Below are positions 37,298 through 46,533 of a stretch of DNA of 64,000 nucleotides, in pieces. The stretch is from an uncultured Eubacteriales bacterium. Its GTDB lineage: Bacteria > Bacillota > Clostridia > Christensenellales > Aristaeellaceae. The notes beneath the pieces are model-generated. The model saw nothing but the letters and a program-made list of their open reading frames with translations, was not told where the DNA came from and made no database searches. The position numbers and the translations under genes are program-made. The stretch spans positions 3,508-67,507 of the forward strand of contig CACYZW010000019.1 in NCBI GenBank assembly GCA_902778995.1, in the 5' to 3' direction. Each line of letters starts with the position of its first letter. The stretch's first letter is position 1.

Positions 37298-38242
37298 GTG
37301 GACACGCGGATATTGGATAACGACGCCTATGCGTCCCTGCCCAGGGAGATGTTCGTCATCGGCGCCGACGACAGCCACGCCGAGGACATTCCCCGCCCCA
37401 GCACCACCTACTGGCACGACGTGTGGCAGCGGTTCCGCCGGGACAGGCTGGCGGTGGCCGGCATGGTGGTCATCGTGCTGATGACCGTGCTTTGCATCGT
37501 CATGCCCATGGTCTCTCCCTATACCTACGACGCCTCCGACTACATGAACATGAACGCCGGGCCGAGCCTGCAGCACCCCTGCGGCACCGACCAGCTCGGG
37601 CGCGACCAGTTCATACGCATCATGTACGGCGCGCGCATATCATTGACCATCGGCTTTGTGGCCGCGGCGATCAACTTCGCCATCGGCGTGGTCTACGGGG
37701 GCCTGGCGGGCTATCTGAGCGGCAGGGTGGACATGCTGCTGATGCGCATCGTGGACATCCTCTCCAGCCTGCCCAGCCTGCTGTACATCGTGCTCATCAT
37801 GCTGATCTTCGGCTCCAACATGGGCTCGGTGATCCTGGCGCTGTGCTTCACCAGCTGGATCGGCACGGCCCGCGTGGTGCGCAGCGAGGTCATGCACCTG
37901 AAGCATTCGGAATACGTGCTGGCGAGCAGGCTGGCCGGCGCGAGCACCTGGCATCTGCTCATCCACCACCTGATCCCCAACGCCATGGGCCCCATCATCG
38001 TGTCCACCGCGTTTCTGATCCCCGGCGCGATCTTCTCCGAGGCGTTCCTCTCCTTCCTGGGCATCGGCATACAGGCCCCGAAGGCCTCCTGGGGTTCGCT
38101 GGCCAACGCCGCCATACCGGTCATGCAGATGTACCCCCATCTGATGCTGTTCCCCGTCATCGCCATCTGCATCACCATGTTTTCGTTCAACTTTATCGGC
38201 GACGGCCTGCGCGACGCGCTGGACCCACGCCTTAAGAAGTGA
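37298..38242 (+). CDS. Peptide ABC transporter permease (OppC/DppC-like)
   Basis: GTDQLGRDQF and SEYVLASRLAGAS motifs. GTG start with AAGGAGGAAG RBS. Confidence 0.88.
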   Translation: MDTRILDNDAYASLPREMFVIGADDSHAEDIPRPSTTYWHDVWQRFRRDRLAVAGMVVIVLMTVLCIVMPMVSPYTYDASDYMNMNAGPSLQHPCGTDQLGRDQFIRIMYGARISLTIGFVAAAINFAIGVVYGGLAGYLSGRVDMLLMRIVDILSSLPSLLYIVLIMLIFGSNMGSVILALCFTSWIGTARVVRSEVMHLKHSEYVLASRLAGASTWHLLIHHLIPNAMGPIIVSTAFLIPGAIFSEAFLSFLGIGIQAPKASWGSLANAAIPVMQMYPHLMLFPVIAICITMFSFNFIGDGLRDALDPRLKK

Positions 38243-38254
38243 GGGGGTGCGCCG

Positions 38255-39247
38255 ATGAGCCTGTTGGAAGTCAAAAACCTGAATACGTCCTTTCAGATCG
38301 GCGTAGGCACCGTCCGGGCCGTGCGCGGCGTCTCCTTTCACGTGGACGAAGGGGAATCGGTGGGCATCGTGGGCGAATCTGGTTCCGGCAAGAGCGTGAC
38401 CATGCTGTCGGTGACCGGCCTGTTGCCGGATTACGCGAACATCTCCGCCGATTCCATACTGTTCGACGGCAGGGAGATCACCCGGCTCAACCAAAAGGCG
38501 CTGCGGGCCCTGCACGGCAGCGAGATCGGCATGATCTTCCAGGACCCCATGACCAGCCTGAACCCGCTGTTCACCGTGGAAAGCCAGTTGACGGAGCCGT
38601 TAAAGAACCACCTGCACATGGACAAGAGGAGCGCACGGGCGCGGACGCTGGAGCTGCTCAGGCAGGTGGAAATCCCCAACCCCGAGGCGCGCCTGAAGCA
38701 ATATCCCCACGAGCTATCCGGCGGTCTGCGTCAGCGGGTCATGATCGCCATAGCCATCGCCTGCGAGCCCAAGATGATCGTCGCCGACGAGCCCACCACC
38801 GCCCTGGACGTGACGATTCAGGCCCAGATACTGGACCTGCTGCAAAACCTCAAGCGGGAGAGCCGGGCCTCCATCATCATGATTACCCATGACATGGGCG
38901 TCATCGCCAGCATGTGTTCCCGCATACTGGTCATGTACGGCGGCATCATCTGCGAGCAGGGCGACGTGCGGGAAATCTTCTACGGCGCGAGGCATCCCTA
39001 CACCTGGGGCCTGTTGAACTCCATACCCAAGGTGCAGCAAAAGCGCGGCGAAAAGCTGATCCCCATCAAGGGCACCCCGCCGGACATGCTCCAGCCCCCC
39101 GCCGGCTGTCCGTTTTCGCCCCGTTGCCGCTACTGCATGCCCGTTTGCAGGGCGTACATGCCCCCGGTCACGGCCCTGAGCGACACCCACAGCGTTTCCT
39201 GCCACCTGCTGCACCCCAACGCGCCGAAGATCGAGAGGGAGGTTTGA
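38255..39247 (+). CDS. Peptide ABC transporter ATPase (OppD/DppD-like)
   Basis: [28 protein letters not shown], and a C-terminal oligopeptide/dipeptide Cys motif (CPFSPRC). Confidence 0.9.
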   Translation: MSLLEVKNLNTSFQIGVGTVRAVRGVSFHVDEGESVGIVGESGSGKSVTMLSVTGLLPDYANISADSILFDGREITRLNQKALRALHGSEIGMIFQDPMTSLNPLFTVESQLTEPLKNHLHMDKRSARARTLELLRQVEIPNPEARLKQYPHELSGGLRQRVMIAIAIACEPKMIVADEPTTALDVTIQAQILDLLQNLKRESRASIIMITHDMGVIASMCSRILVMYGGIICEQGDVREIFYGARHPYTWGLLNSIPKVQQKRGEKLIPIKGTPPDMLQPPAGCPFSPRCRYCMPVCRAYMPPVTALSDTHSVSCHLLHPNAPKIEREV

Positions 39248-39249
39248 TC

Positions 39250-40215
39250 ATGCCGTCACCGATGATTGAAGTCCGCTCCCTCAGGATGTATTTCCCCGTC
39301 GGCAACAACCTGTTCGGCAAGCGCAGGCAGCTCAAGGCCGTGGACGGCGTCAGCTTCGACCTGTACCCCGGCGAGACCTTCGGGCTGGTGGGCGAATCCG
39401 GCTGCGGCAAGACCACCGTCGGCCGCGCGCTGGTGCGCCTCTACAAGCCCACGGACGGCCAGATCATCTATCAGGGCACGGACATCGCGCCGCTGGATGA
39501 AAAGGAAGTGCAGCCCTACCGGCGCAGGATGCAGATGATCTTTCAGGATCCCTACGCCTCGCTGAACCCCCGCATGACCGTGTCCAGCATCATCGCCGAG
39601 CCGATGAAGCTGCAGCAGGCGCCCCAGGACGCCATTGACGCCAGGGTCGCAGAGCTCGTGGAGCAGGTCGGTTTGAAAAAGGATCACCTGAACCGCTACC
39701 CCCACGAATTTTCAGGCGGCCAGCGCCAGCGCATCGGCATCGCCCGGGCGCTGGCCATGCACCCGGAATTCGTGGTCTGCGACGAGCCGATCTCCGCGCT
39801 GGACGTGTCCATACAGGCCCAGGTCATCAACATGCTGGAGGAGCTGCAGCAGCAGATGGGCATGACCTATCTGTTCGTCAGCCACGACCTTTCCATGGTG
39901 CGCCACATCTCCCACCGCGTGGGCGTGATGTACCTTGGGCACATGGTGGAGCTCGCGGAGGTGGAGGAGCTGTATTCCAACATGCTTCACCCCTATACCC
40001 AGGCGCTGATGTCCGCAGTGCCCATCGCCGACCCGGACCTCGCCGCGCAGTCACGGCGCATCGTGCTGCAGGGCGACGTGCCCCAGCCCATCGACCCGCC
40101 CCCCGGCTGTCCCTTCGCCTCCCGCTGCCGCCATTGCATGCCGGTTTGCAGGGAAGCGCTGCCCGGGATGCGAGAGGTATCCCCCGGGCATTACCTGGCC
40201 TGTCATTTGAAATGA
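39250..40215 (+). CDS. Peptide ABC transporter ATPase (OppF/DppF-like)
   Basis: [36 protein letters not shown]. True start MPSPMIEV at 39250; the track ORF has a spurious upstream extension. Confidence 0.9.
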   Translation: MPSPMIEVRSLRMYFPVGNNLFGKRRQLKAVDGVSFDLYPGETFGLVGESGCGKTTVGRALVRLYKPTDGQIIYQGTDIAPLDEKEVQPYRRRMQMIFQDPYASLNPRMTVSSIIAEPMKLQQAPQDAIDARVAELVEQVGLKKDHLNRYPHEFSGGQRQRIGIARALAMHPEFVVCDEPISALDVSIQAQVINMLEELQQQMGMTYLFVSHDLSMVRHISHRVGVMYLGHMVELAEVEELYSNMLHPYTQALMSAVPIADPDLAAQSRRIVLQGDVPQPIDPPPGCPFASRCRHCMPVCREALPGMREVSPGHYLACHLK

Positions 40216-40230
40216 AAAGGACGATGCTCC

Positions 40231-41406
40231 ATGAAACTGGACGATCTCTACGCCGAAGCAAAGCAAATCGCCCCCTGGATGGTTGAAAACCGGCGCGCGC
40301 TGCACCGCATCCCCGAGGGCGGTTTTTGTGAGTTCAAAACCCAGGCATATCTCCTTGAAAAGCTCAAGGCGCTGGACATTCCCTGCGAAACCGGGCGCAC
40401 CTGGATCGTGGGGCGCATCGACGGCGCGCTCCCCGGCCCGACGGTGGCGCTCCGGGCCGATATGGACGCTCTGCCCGTCACGGAGCCGGAGGGCTGCCCC
40501 TTCCGCTCGGAGCACGAGGGCTGGATGCACGCCTGCGGCCACGACATGCACATGACCATACAGCTCGCGGCGGCAAGGATGCTCAGCGCAAAAAAAGACC
40601 GCCTGCGCGGCAGCGTGCAGCTGCTGTTCCAGCCCGCTGAGGAAACGGTGGGCGGCGCGGAGCCCATGGTCGCCGCAGGCGTCATGGAGGGCGTGGACGC
40701 CGTCTACGGCCTGCACGTGCAGCCCTACCTGCGCGTCGGTCAGATCGACACCCGCCCCGGCTGCCTCAACGGCTCCACCGACGAGCTGCGCATCGCGGTG
40801 GAGGGCGTTTCCGGCCATGCGGCGCGGCCCGAACAGGCCGTGGACGCCATCGTCTGCGCCGCGCAGCTGATCACGGCGCTGCAAACCGTCGTCTCCAGGA
40901 GCGCGTCGCCGCTGAAATCCGCGGTGCTCTCCCTCGGTACGATTCACGGCGGCGAAGCGCAGAACGTCATCTGCGACCGGGTGGATATTCGCGGCACCCT
41001 TCGCACCGCCGATCCCGGGCTGCGCGAGCACCTCAAGGCGCGCATACGCGCCATCTGCGACGGCGTCGCCGCGTCCTTCGGCGCGCGAATCCGCCTTGAA
41101 TTCGTCTCCGGCTACATCGCCCTGATGAACACGCCCACCGAGGCGGCGCGGGTCCTTCGCCTCGGCGGGATGCTGCTGGGGTCGGAGAACGCCCTCGTCA
41201 GGGAATCGCCCAGCATGGGCGGCGAGGATTTTTCCTATTTCGTGGCGAAGGCGGCCGGGGCGTTCTGGCATCTCGGCTGCGCCGCCGATGTGCCCGCCCC
41301 GCCGCTGCACAACCGGGCATTCTCGCCGGATGAGCGCTGCCTGCCCATCGGCGCGGCCCTCCAGACGGCGCTGGTGCTGGACCGCATGGGCATGCTTGAA
41401 GCATAA
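40231..41406 (+). CDS. M20-family amidohydrolase (N-acyl-amino-acid/peptide amidohydrolase type)
   Basis: RRALHRIPE, LRADMDALP, HACGHDMH, GGAEPM and GGEDFSYF motifs. Confidence 0.88.
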   Translation: MKLDDLYAEAKQIAPWMVENRRALHRIPEGGFCEFKTQAYLLEKLKALDIPCETGRTWIVGRIDGALPGPTVALRADMDALPVTEPEGCPFRSEHEGWMHACGHDMHMTIQLAAARMLSAKKDRLRGSVQLLFQPAEETVGGAEPMVAAGVMEGVDAVYGLHVQPYLRVGQIDTRPGCLNGSTDELRIAVEGVSGHAARPEQAVDAIVCAAQLITALQTVVSRSASPLKSAVLSLGTIHGGEAQNVICDRVDIRGTLRTADPGLREHLKARIRAICDGVAASFGARIRLEFVSGYIALMNTPTEAARVLRLGGMLLGSENALVRESPSMGGEDFSYFVAKAAGAFWHLGCAADVPAPPLHNRAFSPDERCLPIGAALQTALVLDRMGMLEA

Positions 41407-41408
41407 AG

Positions 41409-41482
41409 CATGGCAGCGGTGGCGTGAACGCCACCGCTGCACAGGATGTTGACAAAGTCAACAGGCTGCAGGCCGCTGCCAT
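41409..41482. repeat. M2 module repeat (hairpin plus CAGGATGTTGACAAAGTCAACAGGCTGCAGGCCGCTG), bounded by CATGGCAGCGG / CCGCTGCCATG
   Basis: The same 37-nt core recurs inside element D (about 47170-47215) and, interrupted, at 56581-56790. Confidence 0.75.
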
Positions 41483-41490
41483 GTCTTTAA

Positions 41491-42432
41491 TCATTCCTCC
41501 AGCGCCGCCTCGAGCATGGTCAGCGTACCCGCCTCGGCATCAACGGCACAGCGCACGCCCAGCGGCACCGTGATCTTGTACTCCGTATGCCCGATGGACA
41601 TATTCGCCAGCACGGGCTTCCCGGCGGGCACGATGATGTCCCTTATGATGTCCTCCAGGTGCAGCGCGTAGCGCTCGTACTCCTCGATGCAGTTGGTAAA
41701 GCCGCCCAGCACCACGCCGACGCACTGGTCAAACAGCCCGGCCAGGCGGATCTGGGTCAGCATGGAATCCAGCCGGTAGATGTATTCGTCCACGTCCTCC
41801 AGCAGCAGCACCTTGCCCTCGGCGTTCAGCGCGTAGGGCGTGCCGCAGGCGGAGGCGATCAGCGTCAGGTTGCCGCCCACCAGCTGTCCCTCGCAGCGTC
41901 CGGGGACGATGCACTGGGGCTCAATGTCCGGTGGGTTTTCCAGCCGGCCCAGCGGCTCGGTGCTGGTCAGCGCGCGCAGCATGCTTTCACGGTTGAAATC
42001 GTTGAACTCCATCCACGCCCTGTCCGGCATCGGGCCGTGGATGGTCACCATTCCCACCTTCTGGTGTATGGCCGTGTGCAGCGCCGTGATGTCCGAATAG
42101 CCGAGAACGATCTTCGGATTGGCGCGAATCACGTCGAAATCCACATAATCCAGCATCCGCGCCACGCCATAGCCCCCGCGCATGCAGACCACCGCGTCCA
42201 CCCGGTCGTCCCGGAACATCTGGTTCAGGCCCCGCGCCCGCGATACGTCCGTACCGGAGAGATAGCCGTACTCCTCCCGACAGCTGTCGGCAATGACGAC
42301 CTTGTAGCCCAGCGCGTAAATGGACGCCAGCATCTTTTCAAAGCGGGTCTCCGGCTCGTGCAGCGCGCCGGATATGCCCACCAGCCCGATGGTATCTCCC
42401 CTGCGCAGCGGCTTGGGTTTCAGCATGTTCAT
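41491..42432 (-). CDS. LD-carboxypeptidase (peptidase S66, LdcA/MccF-like)
   Basis: LRRGDTIGLVGISG, GYSDITALH (nucleophile Ser), a C-terminal E..GHT pattern (IGHTEYK). The start may be the second ATG (42426). Confidence 0.85.
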   Translation of the reverse strand: MNMLKPKPLRRGDTIGLVGISGALHEPETRFEKMLASIYALGYKVVIADSCREEYGYLSGTDVSRARGLNQMFRDDRVDAVVCMRGGYGVARMLDYVDFDVIRANPKIVLGYSDITALHTAIHQKVGMVTIHGPMPDRAWMEFNDFNRESMLRALTSTEPLGRLENPPDIEPQCIVPGRCEGQLVGGNLTLIASACGTPYALNAEGKVLLLEDVDEYIYRLDSMLTQIRLAGLFDQCVGVVLGGFTNCIEEYERYALHLEDIIRDIIVPAGKPVLANMSIGHTEYKITVPLGVRCAVDAEAGTLTMLEAALEE

Positions 42433-42507
42433 CTTCCTCTTTCACCTGCTCAATCAAGAATGATATATATCGGCGACTGTCCGGTCTGCGACAGGATGGC
42501 CGCTCGA

Positions 42508-42668
42508 TTAAGGAAATACCGCACAATGCTCATGGCGCATTAACGGCTGAATTTCAGCCGCCTGCTGCCTGCTGATTTCTTGACTTGCCGCCAGCAAGCC
42601 TTCGAAGTTTGCAATCGACTAAAATTCATCTCGTTACTGCACGACTCGATTATGCGGTATTTCCTTAA
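42508..42668. repeat. Family-1 element, copy C1 (about 161 bp, inverted relative to copy B)
   Basis: TTAAGGAAATACCGCACAATGCTCATGGCGCATTAACGGCTGAATTTCAGCCGCCTGCTGCC ... CGTTACTGCACGACTCGATTATGCGGTATTTCCTTAA. Confidence 0.85.
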
Positions 42669-42723
42669 GGAAACGCCGTACACGGCGCATCGACGGCTGA
42701 ATTTCAGCCGTCCGCCGCCTGCA
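42665..42723. repeat. Family-1 half element, copy C2, abutting C1 through a shared TTAA
   Basis: TTAAGGAAACGCCGTACACGGCGCATCGACGGCTGAATTTCAGCCGTCCGCCGCCTGC, which aligns with the first approximately 60 nt of C1. Confidence 0.75.
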
Positions 42724-42745
42724 AATGCCCTGCCTTGCCACCGTC

Positions 42746-43867
42746 TCACACGGACGCGGGCATTTCGCCCCGAACATATACGCGGGGCACGCGGCGGCCG
42801 ATGCGACAAAGGGCCTCGTTGTGGTGGACGCCCGTCCAGGCGCAGTACTGCTTCAGGGAGATGCCGTCCCCCAGCAGCGTCACCGCATCTCCGGGGCGAA
42901 CCCCGGGGATGTCCGTCACGTCCACGGTCATCTGGTCCATGCACGTCAGCCCCGCCACGGGCGCGCGCCGGCCGCGTATACAGACCTCCCCGACGCTGTT
43001 CACCCGGGGATAGCCGTCCGCGAAGCCGGCGGACAGCGTGGCGATGACGCTGTCGCGCCGAAGCGGATGGGTCTCGTCGTAGCCCAGGTATTCCCCCTGG
43101 GCCACAGAGCGCACCTGAACCACCCGGGTCATGAGGCGAACGCATGGGCGGCATTCCCCGTTCGCGTTGGGATACCGGTTGGGAACCACGCCGAAGAGCC
43201 ACGCCCCCGCGCGCACCGCGTCGAAATGCCACTGTGGATGGCGCACCATGCCGATACTGTCGCAGGCGTGCAGCAGGCCGCAATCCCTGCCCGCGCGCCT
43301 TGTCGCATCCGCAACCCGCTTGAAGCGTTCGATCTGCGCCGCGTCCGCCTCGGCGTCCCGCAGCGCCAGGTGGGTGAACAGGCCCTCCACCCGCACGTGG
43401 GGCAGCGCGAACGCCGCAAGGATGCCGTCCATGTCCCCGGGGTCGAAGCCCAGCCGGTGCAGGCCGGTGTCCAGCTTGACGTGTGCCCGGGCATCCCTGC
43501 CGACGCGCTCCGCCGCGGCGTTCAGCAGCCGCGCCTGTTCGATGTCGTATACAGTGGCGATCATGCCCGCGCGGACGGCTTCCTCCATCTGCGGCGGCGC
43601 GATCATGCCCAGCACCAATACGTCGCCGCCGCAGGCCCGGATGACCTCCATCGCCTCGTTCGGCTCCGCCACGGCAAACAGCCGCGCGCCCAGGTCGCAG
43701 AGCGTCCGGGAGAGCGCCGCCGCGCCGAGGCCGTAGGCGTTTGCCTTCAACACGGGAATGATCTGTACGCCCCCGCCGCAAATCGCCTGCGCCGAGCGAT
43801 AGTTCCACGCGACGCCGTCCAGGTCGATCTCCATCCAGCAGCGGGACCGGGCCAGTTCATCTGTCAT
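42746..43867 (-). CDS. alr: Alanine racemase
   Basis: VLKANAYGLG (PLP Lys), a THLA-type motif (FTHLALRD), YGYDE-like (YLGYDET), GYADGYPR-like (GFADGYPR), VCMDQ-like (LTCMDQMTV). Confidence 0.9.
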   Translation of the reverse strand: MTDELARSRCWMEIDLDGVAWNYRSAQAICGGGVQIIPVLKANAYGLGAAALSRTLCDLGARLFAVAEPNEAMEVIRACGGDVLVLGMIAPPQMEEAVRAGMIATVYDIEQARLLNAAAERVGRDARAHVKLDTGLHRLGFDPGDMDGILAAFALPHVRVEGLFTHLALRDAEADAAQIERFKRVADATRRAGRDCGLLHACDSIGMVRHPQWHFDAVRAGAWLFGVVPNRYPNANGECRPCVRLMTRVVQVRSVAQGEYLGYDETHPLRRDSVIATLSAGFADGYPRVNSVGEVCIRGRRAPVAGLTCMDQMTVDVTDIPGVRPGDAVTLLGDGISLKQYCAWTGVHHNEALCRIGRRVPRVYVRGEMPASV

Positions 43868-43873
43868 GGATAA

Positions 43874-44638
43874 TCACTCCTCCCACCCGCCAAACGCGCA
43901 GGCCTTCGCCGTATCCTGTATGAGCCGCTCGAAGGCCGGCACCTCCACATTGTTGGAAAGCATGCAGATGACGAAGGGCTTTTCAGCGTAGACGATGCCC
44001 GCGTCATGGGTGATGTTATCGTCCTCGCCGGTCTTGTGGGCGCAACGTATATTCTGGCTGTGCAGGAAGAAGGGCAGCTTGCCGTTCAGCTGCTGGTTCA
44101 ACAGTATATCGACCATGCGCCTGTCCGTCTCCCCGCCCAGCAGCGTTCCCGTCGCCATGCGCTCCAACAGCATGCCGATGCCCCTGGCCGTGACGGTATT
44201 CTGTATGCCGCGCCTGGACATCGCCATATCGAACAGCCTGCGCCGCAGAGCCACGCCGGGGATGCCCAGCGCCTCCATCGTGCGGTTCACATGCGCCGGG
44301 GTCAGGCGGTCGATCAGCATGTTGGCAGCTGTGTTGTCGCTGACGATGATCATCAACGTGATCAGGTCCAGCAGCGTCACCTGCAGGCCGTCGTGCAAGT
44401 ACGTCAGTGCGCCGCAGGAGGGCATCTTCTCCTCCGGCTTCACGACGATCGCTTCATTCAGGTCGAGCGCTCCCTCAAGGCTGTCCCGAAAGGCGGTTAC
44501 CATGACGGGCAGCTTGATGACGCTGGCCGCGATCAGGGGCAGATCCGGGTTGTGGGTCCACACCCGATCCTCCCCCAGTACGCGATAGTAAAAGCCCACG
44601 TCGCCGGGAAAGCGCCTGATGGCTTCGAGGTATTTCAA
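43874..44638 (-). CDS. Class-A beta-lactamase-fold serine hydrolase with no signal peptide
   Basis: S-x-x-K (ASVIK), SDN (IVSDNTAAN), KTG (AHKTGED). No N-terminal hydrophobic leader. TTG start 10 nt after AGGAGG. Its stop lies 7 nt upstream of the alr start. Confidence 0.75.
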   Translation of the reverse strand: MKYLEAIRRFPGDVGFYYRVLGEDRVWTHNPDLPLIAASVIKLPVMVTAFRDSLEGALDLNEAIVVKPEEKMPSCGALTYLHDGLQVTLLDLITLMIIVSDNTAANMLIDRLTPAHVNRTMEALGIPGVALRRRLFDMAMSRRGIQNTVTARGIGMLLERMATGTLLGGETDRRMVDILLNQQLNGKLPFFLHSQNIRCAHKTGEDDNITHDAGIVYAEKPFVICMLSNNVEVPAFERLIQDTAKACAFGGWEE

Positions 44639-44901
44639 GGCCGCTTCGCCTCCTGCCCTTGTAATGTCCTGCCGTGATGGAGCATGCGATGCTTGCGCCG
44701 GAAAATGCCCGAGGGGCCGGCGTACATGCCGCCGCCCCCCCCATTGACAACGGAAACCCTGAGCCGTCGCCTGAGCCGCACCCTATGTATCACAGAGACG
44801 ATTATACCACATCGCCGTCAACAGCGTCAATCCATTTCAGCGGCTTTAAGGGCGCGTCACACCGCTTTGACCGCTTCCTCCTTCACCGCCTTCCATCGCA
44901 T

Positions 44902-45408
44902 TCATTCATCCGAATTTCCCATTGTATGGAAATTGTCGAGCAGTATCCGCCAGCCTTCGCGGATATCCGGGTCAGCGCTCAAATCGGCCATGTCCTCCGC
45001 CCCGGCGTCCTCGAACTGTCCCGCCACCGAGGCGTAGTCTGAAAAGGCCTCGTCGATGAGCGCGGCAAAGCCGGGGATATTCCCGTCAAAGCGCCCCTGC
45101 GCGTCGGCGTCCAGGGCTTCCCAGGCGGACAGCATGTTCGCGCGCAGGGCAGGCACGTCGCTTTCCCAGAGCCGGTATGCTTCCACAAAGCGCAGCAATC
45201 CCGCCGCTGCCGACGCCTGCTTCAGGGAGCACCCCGCAGTGCCCTCCTCCCACTGCGCCACCGGTTCAAAGAACAGCGCCCTGATCTCATCGGCTTCGGG
45301 GACCGATACCGCCGGGGCTTCAGGGGACAATTCGCTCCCGCGCTCCGCCAGACACGCTGCGGTCAGAAGCAGGGATATCGCAATCAGTATAAAAGCTATT
45401 TTTTTCAT
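44902..45408 (-). CDS. Hypothetical lipoprotein
   Basis: Lipobox LLTAAC. GGGAGGA RBS 7 nt upstream of the ATG at 45408. Confidence 0.65.
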   Translation of the reverse strand: MKKIAFILIAISLLLTAACLAERGSELSPEAPAVSVPEADEIRALFFEPVAQWEEGTAGCSLKQASAAAGLLRFVEAYRLWESDVPALRANMLSAWEALDADAQGRFDGNIPGFAALIDEAFSDYASVAGQFEDAGAEDMADLSADPDIREGWRILLDNFHTMGNSDE

Positions 45409-45645
45409 GGTCAAATCCTCCCTGGCATTTTTTTATTCTTAGACGTTTTTTCGCGCCTTTTGTTCCCCCGGAATGAATGACAGGGGTTGTATCGTCTTAT
45501 AATAAATGGTATAATCGCTATGGAAACATCGCACAGTGCCCATGGCGCTGCTACGCGGCGCGATTATGCGTCGTTTCCTGTACACAGGCAACCGCACGCT
45601 TCCCGACCGGCCTCTATTCCAATCCGCAAAGCAGGTGTGATACGT

Positions 45646-46533
45646 ATGGCAAGCCCCACGCAATTTGAACAGTATGTCGCCGATGAAGTCAAGAAATACA
45701 AGGACGTGTATTTTCCGCTGCGCTCTTCGCTGCTCAGACGCCTGCTGGTCAGGCGCTGCCCCCTGACGAAGATGCATCCCAACCCCGATGACGAATTCTG
45801 CATACCCAAGATCGGGCCGAGCAACCGGATCATCTCGGAGTACATGGAGGCCTTTCGCAATGCCGAAAAAGTCGGCAACGAATTCTGCGAGGAGCCCGTG
45901 CAGATCGAAAGGATTTACCCGGACGGCTACATGATCCTCAACGGCCATCACCGGTGGGCGGCAGCCATGAGGCTCGGCTACAAAAAAATGCCGGTAAAAA
46001 TCCTCAACCTGACGCAGGAGGCCGACGTAAAAAAGAGCCTGTCCCGCACCGGCAATACCAAGCGGGCCACCCTCGACCTGGACGAGGTCGTGTTCCTGTC
46101 CGACAGCGGCATGGCCGCCGAAAAGCCGCTGCCCTTCCCCTTCAACAAGCTGTACAAGGAACCCCTGCGGCGCGGCATCCCCGCCCTGTTCAACTTCCTT
46201 TCGGCGAACGGATACGACGTGTGGGTCTACACCAACAACTACTATTCCTTTGAACACATCCGGTCGTATTTTCGGTTTTATCACGCCAGGGTCGCCGGCG
46301 TCATCACCGGCCTTTCCAGAAAGACGAAGGCCGGCGGCAGCATGAAGAAGAAGATCGACGACATGATGGCGAGCAAATACCTGACGACGCTTCACATCGA
46401 CAACGACGCGCTCTTGCGCACGTCCCGCAATTCCAAGCAGTTCGACGAGTACAGCCTGGACGGCGTATCGGACTGGACGCAGCAGATCGTGGACATTGTC
46501 AAGAGGATCGAGAAAGATGAAAGACAAGCATAG
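45646..46533 (+). CDS. ParB/Srx-like N-terminal domain fused to a HAD-like phosphatase domain
   Basis: YMILNGHHRWAAAMRLGYKKMPVKI (ParBc-type GxxR motif), then TLDLDEVVF (DxDxV motif I), VWVYTNN, HIDND. Confidence 0.65.
   Translation: MASPTQFEQYVADEVKKYKDVYFPLRSSLLRRLLVRRCPLTKMHPNPDDEFCIPKIGPSNRIISEYMEAFRNAEKVGNEFCEEPVQIERIYPDGYMILNGHHRWAAAMRLGYKKMPVKILNLTQEADVKKSLSRTGNTKRATLDLDEVVFLSDSGMAAEKPLPFPFNKLYKEPLRRGIPALFNFLSANGYDVWVYTNNYYSFEHIRSYFRFYHARVAGVITGLSRKTKAGGSMKKKIDDMMASKYLTTLHIDNDALLRTSRNSKQFDEYSLDGVSDWTQQIVDIVKRIEKDERQA

Noticed and set aside
38914-39249. Upstream extension of the OppF-like ORF
   Set aside because: It overlaps the OppD-like gene in another frame. The canonical ATPase N-terminus begins at 39250.
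40051-41442. 463-aa minus-strand ORF opposite the M20 amidohydrolase; likewise 42540-43808 (minus) and 42725-43873 (plus) around alr
   Set aside because: The products are Arg/Gly/Ala/Pro-rich shadow ORFs. The chosen frames carry canonical M20 and Alr motifs. In addition, 42540-43808 would read through repeat elements C1 and C2.
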